A stretch of 63,707 bases of DNA, counting the filler, from Octopus bimaculoides (Eukaryota): the NCBI RefSeq assembly GCF_001194135.2. It is 5 parts of 5 records of this genome, joined end to end, with 100 filler letters (N's around TTAATTAATTAA, not from the genome) between each part and the next. Parts side by side here need not be neighbours in the genome. Positions count along the whole stretch, not along the records: positions 9,148 to 22,907 come from NC_068986.1; positions 23,008 to 44,220 come from NC_068981.1; 3 more parts are not named here. One strand, given 5' to 3'. The notes beneath the pieces were generated by a model that was not told where the DNA came from, made no database searches, and saw only the letters and a list, made by a program, of their open reading frames with translations. Below are positions 11,006 through 24,347 of the stretch, piece after piece. The position numbers and the translations under genes were made by a program. Numbering within the stretch: the first letter of the stretch is position 1; every line of letters starts with the position of its first letter.

Positions 11006-14000
11006 AGTGCTCACTGAACTGATATCTAAAACTGGCCAAAGTTGAACCCACAACATTGTTGCTCGACTTCTTAGAAATAGCAGTCAAATCTGTCTGAAAT
11101 CCGACTTAAAGAATAATGAAAGAAAAAATAATAATTTGGTCTGTCAAATATGAGGGTTCGTCATGACTGGAACAGCGTCGATTTAAAAAATCAGAGAATA
11201 GAAAGTAGAGTAATACTCTCAACGGTTACCATCCAAGTGAAATCGAAAATGCTATGCACTAAGAGAATAGAACACCAGACTACAATACGACAAAAGACGA
11301 AATAGAACAAGCATTAGAAACACTCTAGAAATATTTATTCTTTGTTAAACCTTTTTTGGATTCTTCAGTTGAATAAAATACTTTGAACTGAACAATGTTT
11401 CACTGATAATTTGCTTTTTGGCTCTTTTATTTTTGTCTTGTGTATATTTTTGTTTTGTATTTTTTTTTAATAATGGAAACGAGTTTGGTTTGTTGAAGCG
11501 TTGAATTAATTTTCTTCTGGTCTGTGTTTTTATTTGTTCTCGTAGCGTTTACGATTGTGATGGATGATAAGAAGTCGGAGATAGCGGATGTTCTTATCTT
11601 CTTTTTATCATTATTTTATTTATTTTTTAATATAATGTTGAATCTATTTTTTGGTGTTCCAACAATTGTTGGTCTCCTTATTGTTCTTTGCACTTTTCTT
11701 TACCATAGTAACTGTTCTTGTCGACGCTATTATAAACGTCGTTTTAGCTGTTGTAGTCGTTGCTGCATTCATTCATTCATATTGTTGTAGCCGATGGCAT
11801 TTAGTTTGCTAAACGTTTAATCTGCATAATTAAAAGCAATTATATAGAAGGCAATGTTATACAGACAAGATTCTCATATTCATTGCAGATTTACGTCAAA
11901 GAATCCTATGACACCAGCTGCCATCAGAGGTACCCAGTTTGCAGTAAGATCCACATACAGACACAACCACATATATGTACATATCTACACACACACACGC
12001 GCACACACACGTGTGTGTGTGTATGTGTGCGTAAATACTTTTGTCTGTCATGGCAGCTGGTGTCACTTATGCAATTCGTTGACCAGGAATCTACATTAAA
12101 TGCAAGAATTTAGCCTGTATAATATTGAATGCATAATCATAATCGTGGTCAAGACAATAACATATTCTGTATTCCCATTTTTTCTATCTATTAATTTATC
12201 ACTCTAACTACCTACTCACAATTCTCTCTCCCGCTCACTCTCTCACCATCTCCCTCTTGCTCTCTCTCTCTCTCTCTCTCTCGGATGAAGTGAAAGTATC
12301 CGAAACGTTAAATTTAGAAACCAAACACGAGAAATGAAATTTTAGAAACGCATATTGTGTGTATGTGCGTATGTGCGTGTATGTGAATGTGTGTGTGTAT
12401 GTGTGCGTGCATTGATAGAGATACATACAGGGATTAATTATGAATATTGCTTTTAAAAACAAAAGAAAATGATTTTCTACATAAATAATAGTATCTACCA
12501 AATGACTACTCATCGACTTATACAAGACACAACAAAGTCCATCCTAATAAGCAACATATTCCTACATATAAAAGCAATAGCAGCTTGTACAATAAATCAA
12601 TGCAGGATCAAAAATTATAACAAGAAATTAAAACATCAATTGTTTTCTTCCCACTGAAAAACCACAAATACTGTTTCATGATTTTAAACTATCTGGGTCA
12701 GGGTATTGTAAGAATATCGAAAATAGTGTAAAAGCAGATAATTAAACGTGTCTCTACATCTAAATGTATGTAAATGACACCACTTCAATGAAGTTGAACA
12801 TAAATACAGAGATATCCAATTCAATGGCAATTCCTAGTTTCTTTCTGTGTTCCTTTCTGTAGGCTCAAAATGTTAAAGACTTTTTCAATTCCCGAGCGTT
12901 ATACTAATACATCTGTTTGTTTTCTACACCACCTGTCTTCGTCTTTTGTTTTTCTTTGTGAATTCTCCCCAATATAATCTTTAGTAAGCCAAGCCTTTTA
13001 ATTTGCCAAAATAGGCAAGGAAAAAATGTCATACAATCAGCATACATTGATTTTACATTAAGTAGGTTTGGTGGAGCAAGAAATTTTAGAAAGAAATTTC
13101 TTTCTTACTCCATGTAAGAGAACATGAATTTGCATGTACACTTTTGTCGGTGTTTTGGTTTTAACTAGTGAGACAGGACGATGAATGGTATGGCAGTCTC
13201 ACAAAGTGAATAATGACAGTATTGAACAAATTGAGTGTGAAGAAGGCAATCAAACCAAAAAATTACAACGGCAAATTTCGTGAAACGCTTTAACAAACAG
13301 AAAGTAATACTAACCTTTTAGCAAATTAAGTAGAGCTCATTTTATATTTATGTACTATATAAATAGAATATCATGAAACATGTACTCATAATCATCGATA
13401 AGGTCTAACTTAACAATACCACTGAATATCTGAATGCGGTACCAAGACGCAGCTGGTATGAAAACAAATAACTACTACTCTAATTGTGTTGTGTAGACTA
13501 CTTTTACGTATATGGCATAATCTACTAAACAACACTGTCTCAAAGTGAAAGTCTCAGAATACTCTCAGTCTTTAAAATATTATTTGCTACGATAGATGCT
13601 CCACAAGCTGGACAAAAAGTAACATATGTCAACACCCATTAAAATTTAGCAAGTAAACGAAGAAAAATAGTCCATATACACCGTGTACAACGATATCTGG
13701 AACGAATATTAGCATATATATTCTTAATACGTTTAGACATATTAGCTAAAATATATTCTTAATACGTTCAAGCAAAAAAAATATGCTAGTCGCTGTAATT
13801 TACAGCAAAGGAGAAAACTTGTTTCATGACGTTAGAGTGATCAACACACTCGACGCAGAAAATTCTAGACCACCAGTGTTTCTACATGATGTGCCTCATC
13901 CTCTAGAAGTACACCGGACCTTTGAGTCTAGCTGAGCAACTTGCCATTATTTATACTTTCAGCGAACAAAATGTTTACTGATCTTGCTTATATCTGCCAA

Positions 14001-15803
14001 TCGGTATAGTATACTTGTTTGCACCGTCTACAGCGAGATAGTCGATAAGCAATTCCTGAAATATAAAACCTTGCCTCCTAACTGAAGGGGGTATAGTAAA
14101 AGCATTCATACGATGGTGATTTGTCTCCTAACTATATGTTAGTAAGTTATATGATACTCTCAGAAACATCAGCAGCATCCATTGACAGTTCATTGATAAT
14201 CCCTTGCATAATTGACAGTGTCAACATATCAGCGACTACAAATTTCATAACAATGAAGATATAAAAACCACCAGCATTTGGAGAACAAAATTAGATAAAG
14301 CAATAAAACATGCAAACAATCATAAATCACTTGCCTCCTACTCAGAAGTGTAAGTGTGGCACCCATAACGTTTCGCACGACCTATTAAACAGATAGGCGG
14401 AAGGGCTACAGTTGTCTTCAGGGAAGAGACATAAGCCAAATTCTTTTGAAAGAGTAAAAACATACAATTTTGAAACGGGACACGGATTAGGTGTGTAATA
14501 TCAAAATAAGAACGATCCATACAAATTATATTATCCAAAGTTACTGCCTATAAAGTTCCAATCACACGGGTTTAATTGAATCCAAAAATTTTATCTAGAG
14601 ACAGCCACTCATTCTTCGGAGGTGCCAAGCAGTGTGGTTTCATCCCAAACCGCTTAGCTGTAAAGCAAAATACTTAATCATACTGGAATGGTTTTTTTTC
14701 ATATGCAATCGTTATGAGTATCATATATATATATATATATATATANNNNNNNNNNNNNNNNNNNNNNNNNNNNNNNNNNNNNNNNNNNNNNNNNNNNNNN
14801 NNNNNNNNNNNNNNNNNNNNNNNNNNNNNNNNNNNNNNNNNNNNNNNNNNNNNNNNNNNNNNNNNNNNNNNNNNNNNNNNNNNNNNNNNNNNNNNNNNNN
14901 NNNNNNNNNNNNNNNNNNNNNNNNNNNNNNNNNNNNNNNNNNNNNNNNNNNNNNNNNNNNNNNNNNNNNNNNNNNNNNNNNNNNNNNNNNNNNNNNNNNN
15001 NNNNNNNNNNNNNNNNNNNNNNNNNNNNNNNNNNNNNNNNNNNNNNNNNNNNNNNNNNNNNNNNNNNNNNNNNNNNNNNNNNNNNNNNNNNNNNNNNNNN
15101 NNNNNNNNNNNNNNNNNNNNNNNNNNNNNNNNNNNNNNNNNNNNNNNNNNNNNNNNNNNNNNNNNNNNNNNNNNNNNNNNNNNNNNNNNNNNNNNNNNNN
15201 NNNNNNNNNNNNNNNNNNNNNNNNNNNNNNNNNNNNNNNNNNNNNNNNNNNNNNNNNNNNNNNNNNNNNNNNNNNNNNNNNNNNNNNNNNNNNNNNNNNN
15301 NNNNNNNNNNNNNNNNNNNNNNNNNNNNNNNNNNNNNNNNNNNNNNNNNNNNNNNNNNNNNNNNNNNNNNNNNNNNNNNNNNNNNNNNNNNNNNNNNNNN
15401 NNNNNNNNNNNNNNNNNNNNNNNNNNNNNNNNNNNNNNNNNNNNNNNNNNNNNNNNNNNNNNNNNNNNNNNNNNNNNNNNNNNNNNNNNNNNNNNNNNNN
15501 NNNNNNNNNNNNNNNNNNNNNNNNNNNNNNNNNNNNNNNNNNNNNNNNNNNNNNNNNNNNNNNNNNNNNNNNNNNNNNNNNNNNNNNNNNNNNNNNNNNN
15601 NNNNNNNNNNNNNNNNNNNNNNNNNNNNNNNNNNNNNNNNNNNNNNNNNNNNNNNNNNNNNNNNNNNNNNNNNNNNNNNNNNNNNNNNNNNNNNNNNNNN
15701 NNNNNNNNNNNNNNNNNNNNNNNNNNNNNNNNNNNNNTATATGCAGAAATTCACATATATAGCCGCAGGTATGTCTGCGTCGCAAAAAGTTCGCTCACCT
15801 ATA

Positions 15804-15883
<80 letters not shown>

Positions 15884-16341
15884 TATGTGTGTGTGTGTGT
15901 GTAAATATACACACGCACGCACACACAATCACAGTATATATATATATATGTGTGGGGGTGTATTTATATATTTAAATGAAAAATGCATTAAATATTACAA
16001 AACGTACACGTTGGACAGCCACAAGGACACTAATTCTTCCTCAGTTATCGACCTAAAATATTAATACCCAATTTCGTGCATTTAACTATATAAGACTAGG
16101 AATTTCGTATATCGGTGGCACCCGCAAGATTTGCGTAGAATTAGGTGTCAATCAAGCAAGACAATACAGAGTGGGCGTACGAACGTAAACAAATGTAAAT
16201 TTAAAGTAGAGACGAAGCAAATACTTAAAGCCTATCGGCCAAACATTGACGTTATGGATTAATCCCTGGAAGCAATCCTCAAATGTATATAAAAACAGAA
16301 TTAGTAAAAAACAATCTATATCCCCCCCCCCTGTATGTGTG

Positions 16342-16380
<39 letters not shown>

Positions 16381-16455
16381 AAATTTTTTAAACATTTTGT
16401 GGGGTGGAAGAAAAGGAAAGAATGAAATTCGGTTGGTTAGGCTGGTTTAGTCCTT

Positions 16456-16950
16456 AATCAGGGATGTGTTTGAAGGATTTTGCTTACGGTCAAGAGTTTT
16501 CCTCCTTTAAATTAAGAATGAATGCTGGAAATGTGAATGTGTTCAATCAGGGAAGTGTTTGTAGGATTTTGCGTACAGAGAAGAGATTTCCTTCCTTATA
16601 TTAAGAACGAATGCCTGAAATGTGAATATTTTCATATTCTCCTTAATACATAGGTTACATCTGCTGCTATACCTCGTGCACATGTTTGCTATTGTCACGA
16701 CATTTGTTTGATATTTTGTCTCCGTACTCTTCGATCTTTCAGATCCCAGAAAACTTTTGTAAGTGAAATACAGTTACATTTTCTACAGCCATAGGATGCC
16801 TATAGTGCATGTCCGCACGTCAGTCCTAACAGTGCAGACTCATGATCAAATGCATTCTAACCATAGAAATCTAATCCGGTCTTTTCAAGCCTATCGAGAA
16901 ATATATTGGATTTTCAAACAGATTCGTCGGTTTCATTTTTTAATTTCTTT
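16456..16950 (-). mobile_element. Penelope-like element GIY-YIG endonuclease C-terminus, with an 89-bp tandem duplication of its last codons
   Basis: Minus strand gives SLTKVFWDLKD ... YSSRCNLCIKENMKIF ... LNIRKEISS, resembling the PLE pattern LSKYIWxLK...RCNLCLxEKxxI...LNKRxELIS. Tandem units start at 16456 and 16545. Confidence 0.65.
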
Positions 16951-17745
16951 TTGCCCTTATTTTTCATCATATAACTGAATAGAGGTAAAATTTATTTAGA
17001 ATTCAAAAGCGATAAACAAAAGTTTCTAGAGGAAGAGCTCCAAAAGAAAAGAACAAAAAACAGTAAATAACAATTGGTCTTAATTCAAATAACATTAAAA
17101 AGAAACAAACTAATCTAACAATGTGACATCATCCAGTATGCCCTTCCCTTTCCCTAAGGGTAACTTATTATTTCTAGTAGGAGGAGTGGTGATGTGGAGG
17201 TTTTCTGGATGGAACATCTTTCTCGTGTATTTTCTCAGTGTTAAGGTCTAATTTTGTACAGCAATGTAAATACTTTCTAATTCTGCTTGTTAGCCAGTTT
17301 TTGCTTTCCGCTTATGTTTGACTTTTGTTTTATTTATTTATTATTTTTTTTTTTGTATTTTCCTTCATTGCAGATTTCATATCATAATAGCTACAAACGT
17401 GTTTGTTTTGCGATTCTTCTCTGGTTATAAATTGAAGCTTTTCTTTTATGATTTCCTTTATTTATTTTCTCTATTTCAATCTCTTTTTTCTCTTGGCGTT
17501 TCGCTTTCATCGTGTGTGTTGCTAGCTTTTGTATTACATCTAAGCGCAATTTTATTTAGAGAAAATATTTTATGCTTTGTTATATTCCTAAGCCTATTTA
17601 ATATTACTTCTTTTTTAAGAGGTTCATATTAATCATACGTTTGATACTTTGAAATATAGGTTTCCATCTCAATAGAAAGGCTTCTCGCTAACTGACGATA
17701 ATAGATATTATTACTATCGATAAAAATGAGGAAACAAAGCATATT

Positions 17746-17774
17746 ATTACCATTATTATTATTATTATTATTAC

Positions 17775-17821
<47 letters not shown>

Positions 17822-17906
17822 GTAGTAGTAGTAGTAGTATTAGTATTAGTATTAGTATTATTATCATTGTCATCATCATCATCATCATCATCAACATCAT
17901 CATCAC

Positions 17907-17983
<77 letters not shown>
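17746..17983. repeat. Compound (TTA)/(TAG)/(TCA) microsatellite
   Basis: Directly visible. Confidence 0.95.
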
Positions 17984-17984
<1 letters not shown>

Positions 17985-18122
17985 CTTGCATTTTTCATGG
18001 TTTGAGAACTACATCAAGCGTTTCCTTCCTACAAATAAGAATTAAGTACATCTTGAAGAACATGTTTAAAAGTGTTTATGGATTACAATGATACTGAAAT
18101 TTACGAAAATACTTGCTTCATT

Positions 18123-18325
18123 GGTGAGCTGGCAGAATCGTTAGCACGCAGGGCAAATGGTTAGTAGCATTTGTTCTGTCTTAAAGCTTTGAGTTCAAAA
18201 TCCGCCGAGATCACCTTTACCTTTTATCCTCTCGGGGCCAATAAAATAAGTTCCACTTAAACACTGGAGTCGATGTAATCGCTTTACCACCTACACTGAA
18301 ATTTCAGGTCTTGCGTATATTAGTA
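18123..18325 (+). mobile_element. SINE family S2
   Basis: ggtgagctggcagaatcgttagcacgc...gagttcaaaatccgccgag...ggagtcgatgtaatcg. Confidence 0.8.
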
Positions 18326-18329
18326 TATT

Positions 18330-19530
18330 AGTCCAACCCCATATCTGATTAAAGGTGCTGCTCTTGAGTTTATTGCTTCAATGAGGTTTTTGGAATTTAC
18401 GTTTGACTGCAATAATTTTCTGAGTCTCCTTGTGTATTCTCTACTGGTAATGTGTTTCACTTTTTAATGTTTTATCTCATCTGCTTCCAATATTCCCAAG
18501 TACTTATACCACTGTCCTTTCTCAGCTGCTCTCATTGTTTGCCCATTTAGCATTTCAATTCCCCGGCTTCTTTCAAATATTCCTCGTTTCATTTTCAATA
18601 TAGCTCACTTTCTATCCCAAATTCCATACCTACGTTATTTGAGAAAATACGGATAGAATGTACAAGACTTTCAAACTCTTTTTCATTTTTCGCAAAAATC
18701 TTTATATCATCCATTAAAAGGAAGTGATTTATCTGACTAATTCTTTGTCCCAAATCGCATGTAATTTTAACTTTTCGTAGTATCATAGTGAGCGGTGTCA
18801 TGGCCAATACGAATAGTAATGGAGATAAGCTATCATCTTGGAATATTCCACATCTGATATTCACTTTTCCGAGATTTTGTTTTCCTCCGATCAATTCAGT
18901 ATTCCAGTTATTCATACTTTCATTAAACATTTTCTCAATGGTTATTATTATTCCAAACATGCTCATTGTTTTACTTATCCAACTGTGTGTTACCATATCA
19001 TATGCTTTTTGTAATCTCGCCATTCTACATTCAATCCCATCAACCTGCGTCTGCAATTTCTAATTATCACTTTATCAATTAATAATTGATCTTTTGTTGC
19101 CCTACTTTGTTTCTTGCATCCTTTCTGCTCTTCTGGAGGTGGATTGTTAGTTTCCAGGAGGTTGTAAAACACCGGTCATAAGCTTCCACATTAGTGGCAG
19201 ACAGGTCATAAGTCGAAAATGTGATGCCAAGTTTCCTTTCAAGGGATTCTTCAGGCATAGAAGCGTTCGTCCATTTGCCATCCATGCATGGACATGACTT
19301 GGCTGCAGGCAGTCATCCAGTGGCGCAATGATCCTTTTAGGCAATTGTGTAAAGTTCTTCAGCCAATAGACTTGTACTCCATCTGGGCTTGGTCCTTTCA
19401 AATTTGCTGATTTTTAAAACTTCTGTGTCACTGTATATGGATTATATCTAACGTCCTTTTGTCTTGGTACAGTTTCAAGTAATCTTTGCACCTTTGTTAG
19501 CCATTCCACGCTTTCTTTATGTCTGGCCAG
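18330..19530 (-). mobile_element. R4/Dong-like LINE reverse transcriptase fragment with frameshifts
   Basis: ORF pieces KGPSPDGVQVYWLKNF, GRTLLCLKNPLKGNLASHFRLMTCLPLMWKLMTG, QQKGCKKQSRATKDQLLIDK, QKAYDMVTHSW, RCGIFQDDSLSPLLFVLAM, INHFLLMDDIKIFAK and GMEFGI cover RT domains about 0-7. Confidence 0.92.
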
Positions 19531-19550
19531 CCTATTACATTATTATTTGA

Positions 19551-19596
<46 letters not shown>

Positions 19597-19724
19597 GGAG
19601 CGATATTGTTGACCGTACATAAATTAGGAACAATTATTATAATAAGCCTACAGCCAAGTACCGGCTTGACTTACCTGACTAAATTTATTGGTAATGTAAC
19701 TGAATTAGAAATGATCAACAAAGA

Positions 19725-19945
19725 TGGTGGACTGGACTAGTAGAGTTATGTGAGAGGTGCAAAAATATCTTGCGGTATATGACCGGGTTCTTTATGATAT
19801 TCTGAGTTCTAATCTCACCGAGGTAACTTATCCTTTCATCATTCTGGATTGGATAAAAATAAAGTTCAAATCAAATAACGAATTTGATTTAATCGACTAA
19901 ACACCGCTAAAAGTGCTGACTATGTGCCTAGATTAGAAATCAGGA
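19725..19945 (+). mobile_element. Degraded SINE family S2
   Basis: atattctgagttctaatctcaccgaggtaacttatcctttcatc...gatttaatcgactaaac...tgtgcctagattagaaatc. Confidence 0.6.
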
Positions 19946-19955
19946 TTGTTATAAA

Positions 19956-19989
<34 letters not shown>

Positions 19990-20000
<11 letters not shown>

Positions 20001-20300
20001 GCATACATGGGTACAGGACGTCACCAACGGTGTAAATAACATGAAATACGTAAACAAACAATTTAATATGTAAACAATGAGAAAAAGATGGAAAACAGGA
20101 CAAGTTAACATAGAGAAAGGACCCGTCATCAGTTGTCGGCTGTCTATCTGCTCCTCATTTAGAGCATTCAACCACAATATGAGTCTTCATAGACAGCTGC
20201 TCCCATAAATTCTAAAATAAAATTTAGGATTTATGGAGGGTCAAAGTTGGGAACAAAAACAATACAGTGGATACATACAAGGAAACCGAACGAAAACAAA
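19990..20300 (-). repeat. Interspersed repeat end abutting (TA)n, possibly PLE-terminal-repeat-like, containing a 14-bp hairpin
   Basis: Minus strand has gccgacaactgatgacgggtcc, similar in layout to the 7570-7730 repeat. Hairpin at 20203-20236. Family assignment is inference. Confidence 0.4.
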
Positions 20301-22108
20301 TATAGAGGGTTGTTAGACGTCGACTGATTGGCTCTTTGCGAAGTTGGATAAATGCCTTCTATTATGCAATTATGGATCTACACAACTAGGTATGAGATGG
20401 GGGGGTGAAACTGCAACAACTATTTGAAGAGGTTTATTTACGACCTGATAAATTTTATGGATTCACACAATGTGAAAAACAAATATGACATTAAATAATA
20501 GCTATTAAGTGCGTAGTTCATTGTGTTTGATGTAGCAATAAAGAACTCATATTAATTTATAGAAGAGTTCGGCAGGTTCAGCTATGGTGTGACCTAATAT
20601 TTCTGATTGATAAGCGAAGAGGAGTTAGAAAGCATTATTGTCAGATGAAAAGTAAATGTGGGAAAGGTCAGCTATATTGAGCCTTTTCAGTGTACATTAT
20701 TGAGTATTTCATTTACGTCTACTTAACTGAAACATTAATTTCAGCGTTATTAACTGGGTTGTAAACCAGTATTCATCAATTGTGTGCCAAGTAGGTAACT
20801 GCATATTTCGTAATTGTTACTTCGAATTCCTTCACTGCTGTTAGTGTAGAACGTAAATTCATTAATCAATACCCTTGAGTTTTAACGTAATTTACAGCGG
20901 TCTTTCATTTCTGAATTATTTCTTTCAAAGCACCTCTTCAACGATGAATTTTATTGGAAATAGATTTACTACAAATACAAATAGAAATCTTCAAGCAATT
21001 CTGACAAAACTTTTCTTGTATCCTATTTTCTGCTCTTTTTTTTCTGCTAGCTTTCATAATCTCTCACTACAAATGGAATATTTTAACAAAGAGACTTTAT
21101 AGTGTGCAGCATCTACTCCATTGTATATTGTTCATACGACGTTAAAAACTTATTTGTAGAAAGCATCATTAAATTGTGTGTCTCTGAGGAACCTATTTAC
21201 TTTATGTGAAGATGATAGTGATTATTGGGGACCATATTTCTAGTTATGGTATTTGTTAAAAACTTGATACCTTTTGTCTATAGTTTTTTACGTTATTGTT
21301 GGATCATTCTCGTATATTCTTCTTTATTTCGTCATCGTTAAAAATGGTGAAAAACTTACTTAAATAGAAAAGGTTATTTACTGCTTTCAATGTTTTTCAA
21401 TTTGTAATATATTGTTGATAGACTTTCGAAAATATTATATTCTATAGAAGATTTTTCATTGGTAATTTTTGCTCCCGACTTACGAGATGTACTGTGTTAC
21501 TATGCGGTTAAACAAGTCTTTAATAAAGTACCAAACCAGTTTAAAATGGTATAAGTTCTCTACAGCAGTATTTAGTTTCAAATGAAAACTCATACTTTTT
21601 AGCGAAGAAGATATTATAATCGTTTCCTTGATAGGTTTCTCGTGGGGTTAATTTAAAAACTTTCAAATACACGCAGAAGGCTAACAATTTTAATGAGGAA
21701 GTCGGTAATCGATTACTTGGAACGCTATCTTGATTCAAACATGATTTGATCGACCTCGAAAAGATGAAAGTCATTAAAAGCCCAAACGTTAAAAAAATGA
21801 TAAACGGAAGAAAGGCTGCAAAGGATTTTTCTGACGCAAAACTGAATCAATCAATCTTCTGTCGTCCACCGTCTAATGATACACAAAGAACTGCGATTCT
21901 GTCCAGCTCAGTTCTTCACCGGAAACAATTCCGTAAAGAAAAACCGGGAAGTGAATGTGCAATAAATCTATTCGCATTAAAGGTTGTGCTCCAGCATGGC
22001 CTCAAATTCAAGCTGAAACTAGTAAGTATAAAAGTAAATGTATATGTAAGTACTTGCATCAATGCAAGTATATATGTATATATATCTGTCTGTAAATATA
22101 TATATATA

Positions 22109-22322
22109 TCAGGTCATCCTATAAGTTCTGTCCGAATTTTGAATAAAGAAAACAAGTGATGAAATGTTATATTTAATTGAAACTTAATCATCAATGTACT
22201 TTCCATGATTATCTATGACTTCCGTCCATCTATTTACAAGCTTTTTAATCCCATCAATGTAAAACTCTTTTGGTATCAAAGCGAAGAACTATGAAATGTT
22301 AGTTTCGACCTCATCCTAAAAT
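22109..22322 (-). mobile_element. Mariner transposon 3' end (transposase C-terminus plus TIR at TA)
   Basis: Minus strand translates DEVETNIS*FFALIPKEFYIDGIKKLVNRWTEVIDNHGKYIDD*, the mariner C-terminal FF..KxxEFYxxGIxKLxxRWxxVIxxxGxY motif. It ends in TIR-like tcaggtcatcctataagttctgtccg next to TA. Confidence 0.85.
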
Positions 22323-22359
22323 ATTTTCATAATACATTCTATAACCCAGAAATATTAGT

Positions 22360-22435
22360 GATTTGAGACTAAGATATGTTCATATTATATTCTATTACCA
22401 AGAAGTATTACCGATTTGAGACTAAGATATGTTCA
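22360..22435 (+). repeat. 23-bp perfect direct repeat, period 53
   Basis: gatttgagactaagatatgttca at 22360 and 22413. Confidence 0.85.
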
Positions 22436-22849
22436 AATATACTTACGTATATTCGTCACATTAATATTATACTTATACAATCCAAATATCATGTTGTTTT
22501 CTTGAATCTTACACAATAAACCGTCTCTAAACATATTACAAACGTGTATATTATTCAGGGTAATGGTGATACATAGGTGTCCACATTGGTATAGGGAGCC
22601 CAGCACTTCATTGACGTCATGTCCGAGACAACACTTCAGCTGAGGTTAAAATAAACGTGCTACGTCGATTGAACTTGCGTTCCGCTGTCATTTTGAGTTA
22701 TAGCTCTCAGACGCCTTCAGGATGAGACTGAAATACTCAAGTACACGTTAAGATATATCGAACTTAATATAATCCAATTCTTTTATCTCTGCAAACAGAA
22801 ATTTGTGCAGGCTCCCATTATACTTATCTCATTCCTTGTCTCCACTCTC

Positions 22850-22907
<58 letters not shown>

Positions 22908-24049
22908 NNNNNNNNNNNNNNNNNNNNNNNNNNNNNNNNNNNNNNNNNNNNTTAATTAATTAANNNNNNNNNNNNNNNNNNNNNNNNNNNNNNNNNNNNN
23001 NNNNNNNTATATATATATGCAGCCTGTTTAGAACAAACTAGCATTACTATTTCTAGACTCTCATAGTCTCATCTCCAAAATGAAGGCGTATTTGAGTTTG
23101 TTAGATTTCTTTTTATAATAAGCACAGTCAATGTAACTGGTAGCGTCATTACCTCCGGCAATTAAATTTCTAACTTAGAATTATACGTCTTCAATCAAAA
23201 GTTTATTTTTGTTTTTAACTATGTTATGTTGTTTTTGTGTTATTTTAATATTGTGTGAGTATATGAACATAATCAATCGTCTAGCGCAAGGCTAAAATAC
23301 CAACAGTATAAACTAGCCAGGAAGTAGTAAAATATTAAGCTACGCTGGTTAATGTACAATGATGTATATTGTTTAGATTTTTCTGTCATCACTTCTTCAT
23401 CAAGAATTGTGAAGTCTATGCTTAACTGAGCTGGTTACAATAACACTAAAACATATTCGAAGTTGCTTCGTTTTCTTTCTGAAATAATTGAAATAATAAT
23501 AGTCGATTCACAAATATTAGAAATCTATGTGTTATTTTGTAATGTATTCATCGCTAAATGTAACAGGCTTACATAATCCATTTTAATCTTCATTGGTATA
23601 TACTTTGTATATATTGGTATATATTTCTATGTTTAGCCCCCGGTGGGCAATAAAAGAAATTGGTATATACTTTGAATCCTCTACTTTCAGCAATCTGGCG
23701 GCGGCATGATTCGATCAATGTCCATCTAGAGACACACGTACTTTTAACGTAATTTTCAAATAGAATCGACATGACAGTGAGTGAGAAGGCTGCACTATTA
23801 CATTGCTGGTACAATTTATACGATCGGATCCTCAGTTTCAGTCTACGCAGCTCTACTCATAAAACTTGCCATCAACCCGAAGCTATGATAAAAGACATTT
23901 GTCAAAGATGTCACAAAATGGGATCGAACCCGGTACCTGCAGATTGTGAAACAATCTTAATCATACGTCTATATTGCATTTCCCCTACAAATTCCACTCT
24001 TTGCTGCAATGTTGTACCTAGTGTACCTCAGCAATCGTGAGAATATGCC

Positions 24050-24347
24050 AGCGGAATGTAAGCTCCTTGTATACAGGCCCCCATGCTGGACAAAGTGAAA
24101 CGACGGACGCCACACTAATATGGATAATATGGACTATTTCTTCCCAAAGTTAAAATGGGTTCGCGTTGAGCCGATGCTCCTATACAAAAAAAAAAAAAGG
24201 AAGCAAAGTTGCAGAAGCATCGGTGAAAATTCAAAACCAAAACCTTAACAAGGAGCAAAAAAGATAACCTAGAGTCAAAACCGGTGGGGAAATGTCGTCG
24301 ATGGCCTATGCTGCAAAGGGAGTGAGGAGCTTAAATAAAAGTAAGTA
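24050..24347 (+). mobile_element. Probable RTE-derived short non-autonomous element
   Basis: Ends gtcgatggcctatgctgcaaagggagtgaggagcttaaataaaagtaagta, resembling the RTE 3' end gcctatgctcc...gagtgaa...(taag)n. Confidence 0.45.

Noticed and set aside
13792-13935. 15-bp palindrome gctgtaa-t-ttacagc followed by a 42-codon open frame (KGENLFHDVRVINTL...)
   Set aside because: The palindrome and frame length are expected by chance in 64 kb, and the peptide is unrecognised.
14355-14425. Minus-strand ctgaaga...gcgaaacgtt as a hammerhead
   Set aside because: No stem I and no coherent stem II closing pair.
16743-16758. Microexon-like tttcag|ATCCCAGAAAACTTTT|gtaagt
   Set aside because: It lies on the antisense strand of the decayed PLE endonuclease, and such motifs arise by chance. 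Similar unsupported candidates occur at about 45545 and about 9590.
20870-21770. Possible hAT transposase remnant on the minus strand (IHR...AVNYVK)
   Set aside because: Only scattered 3-5 residue resemblances across many stops; not supportable without an HMM search.
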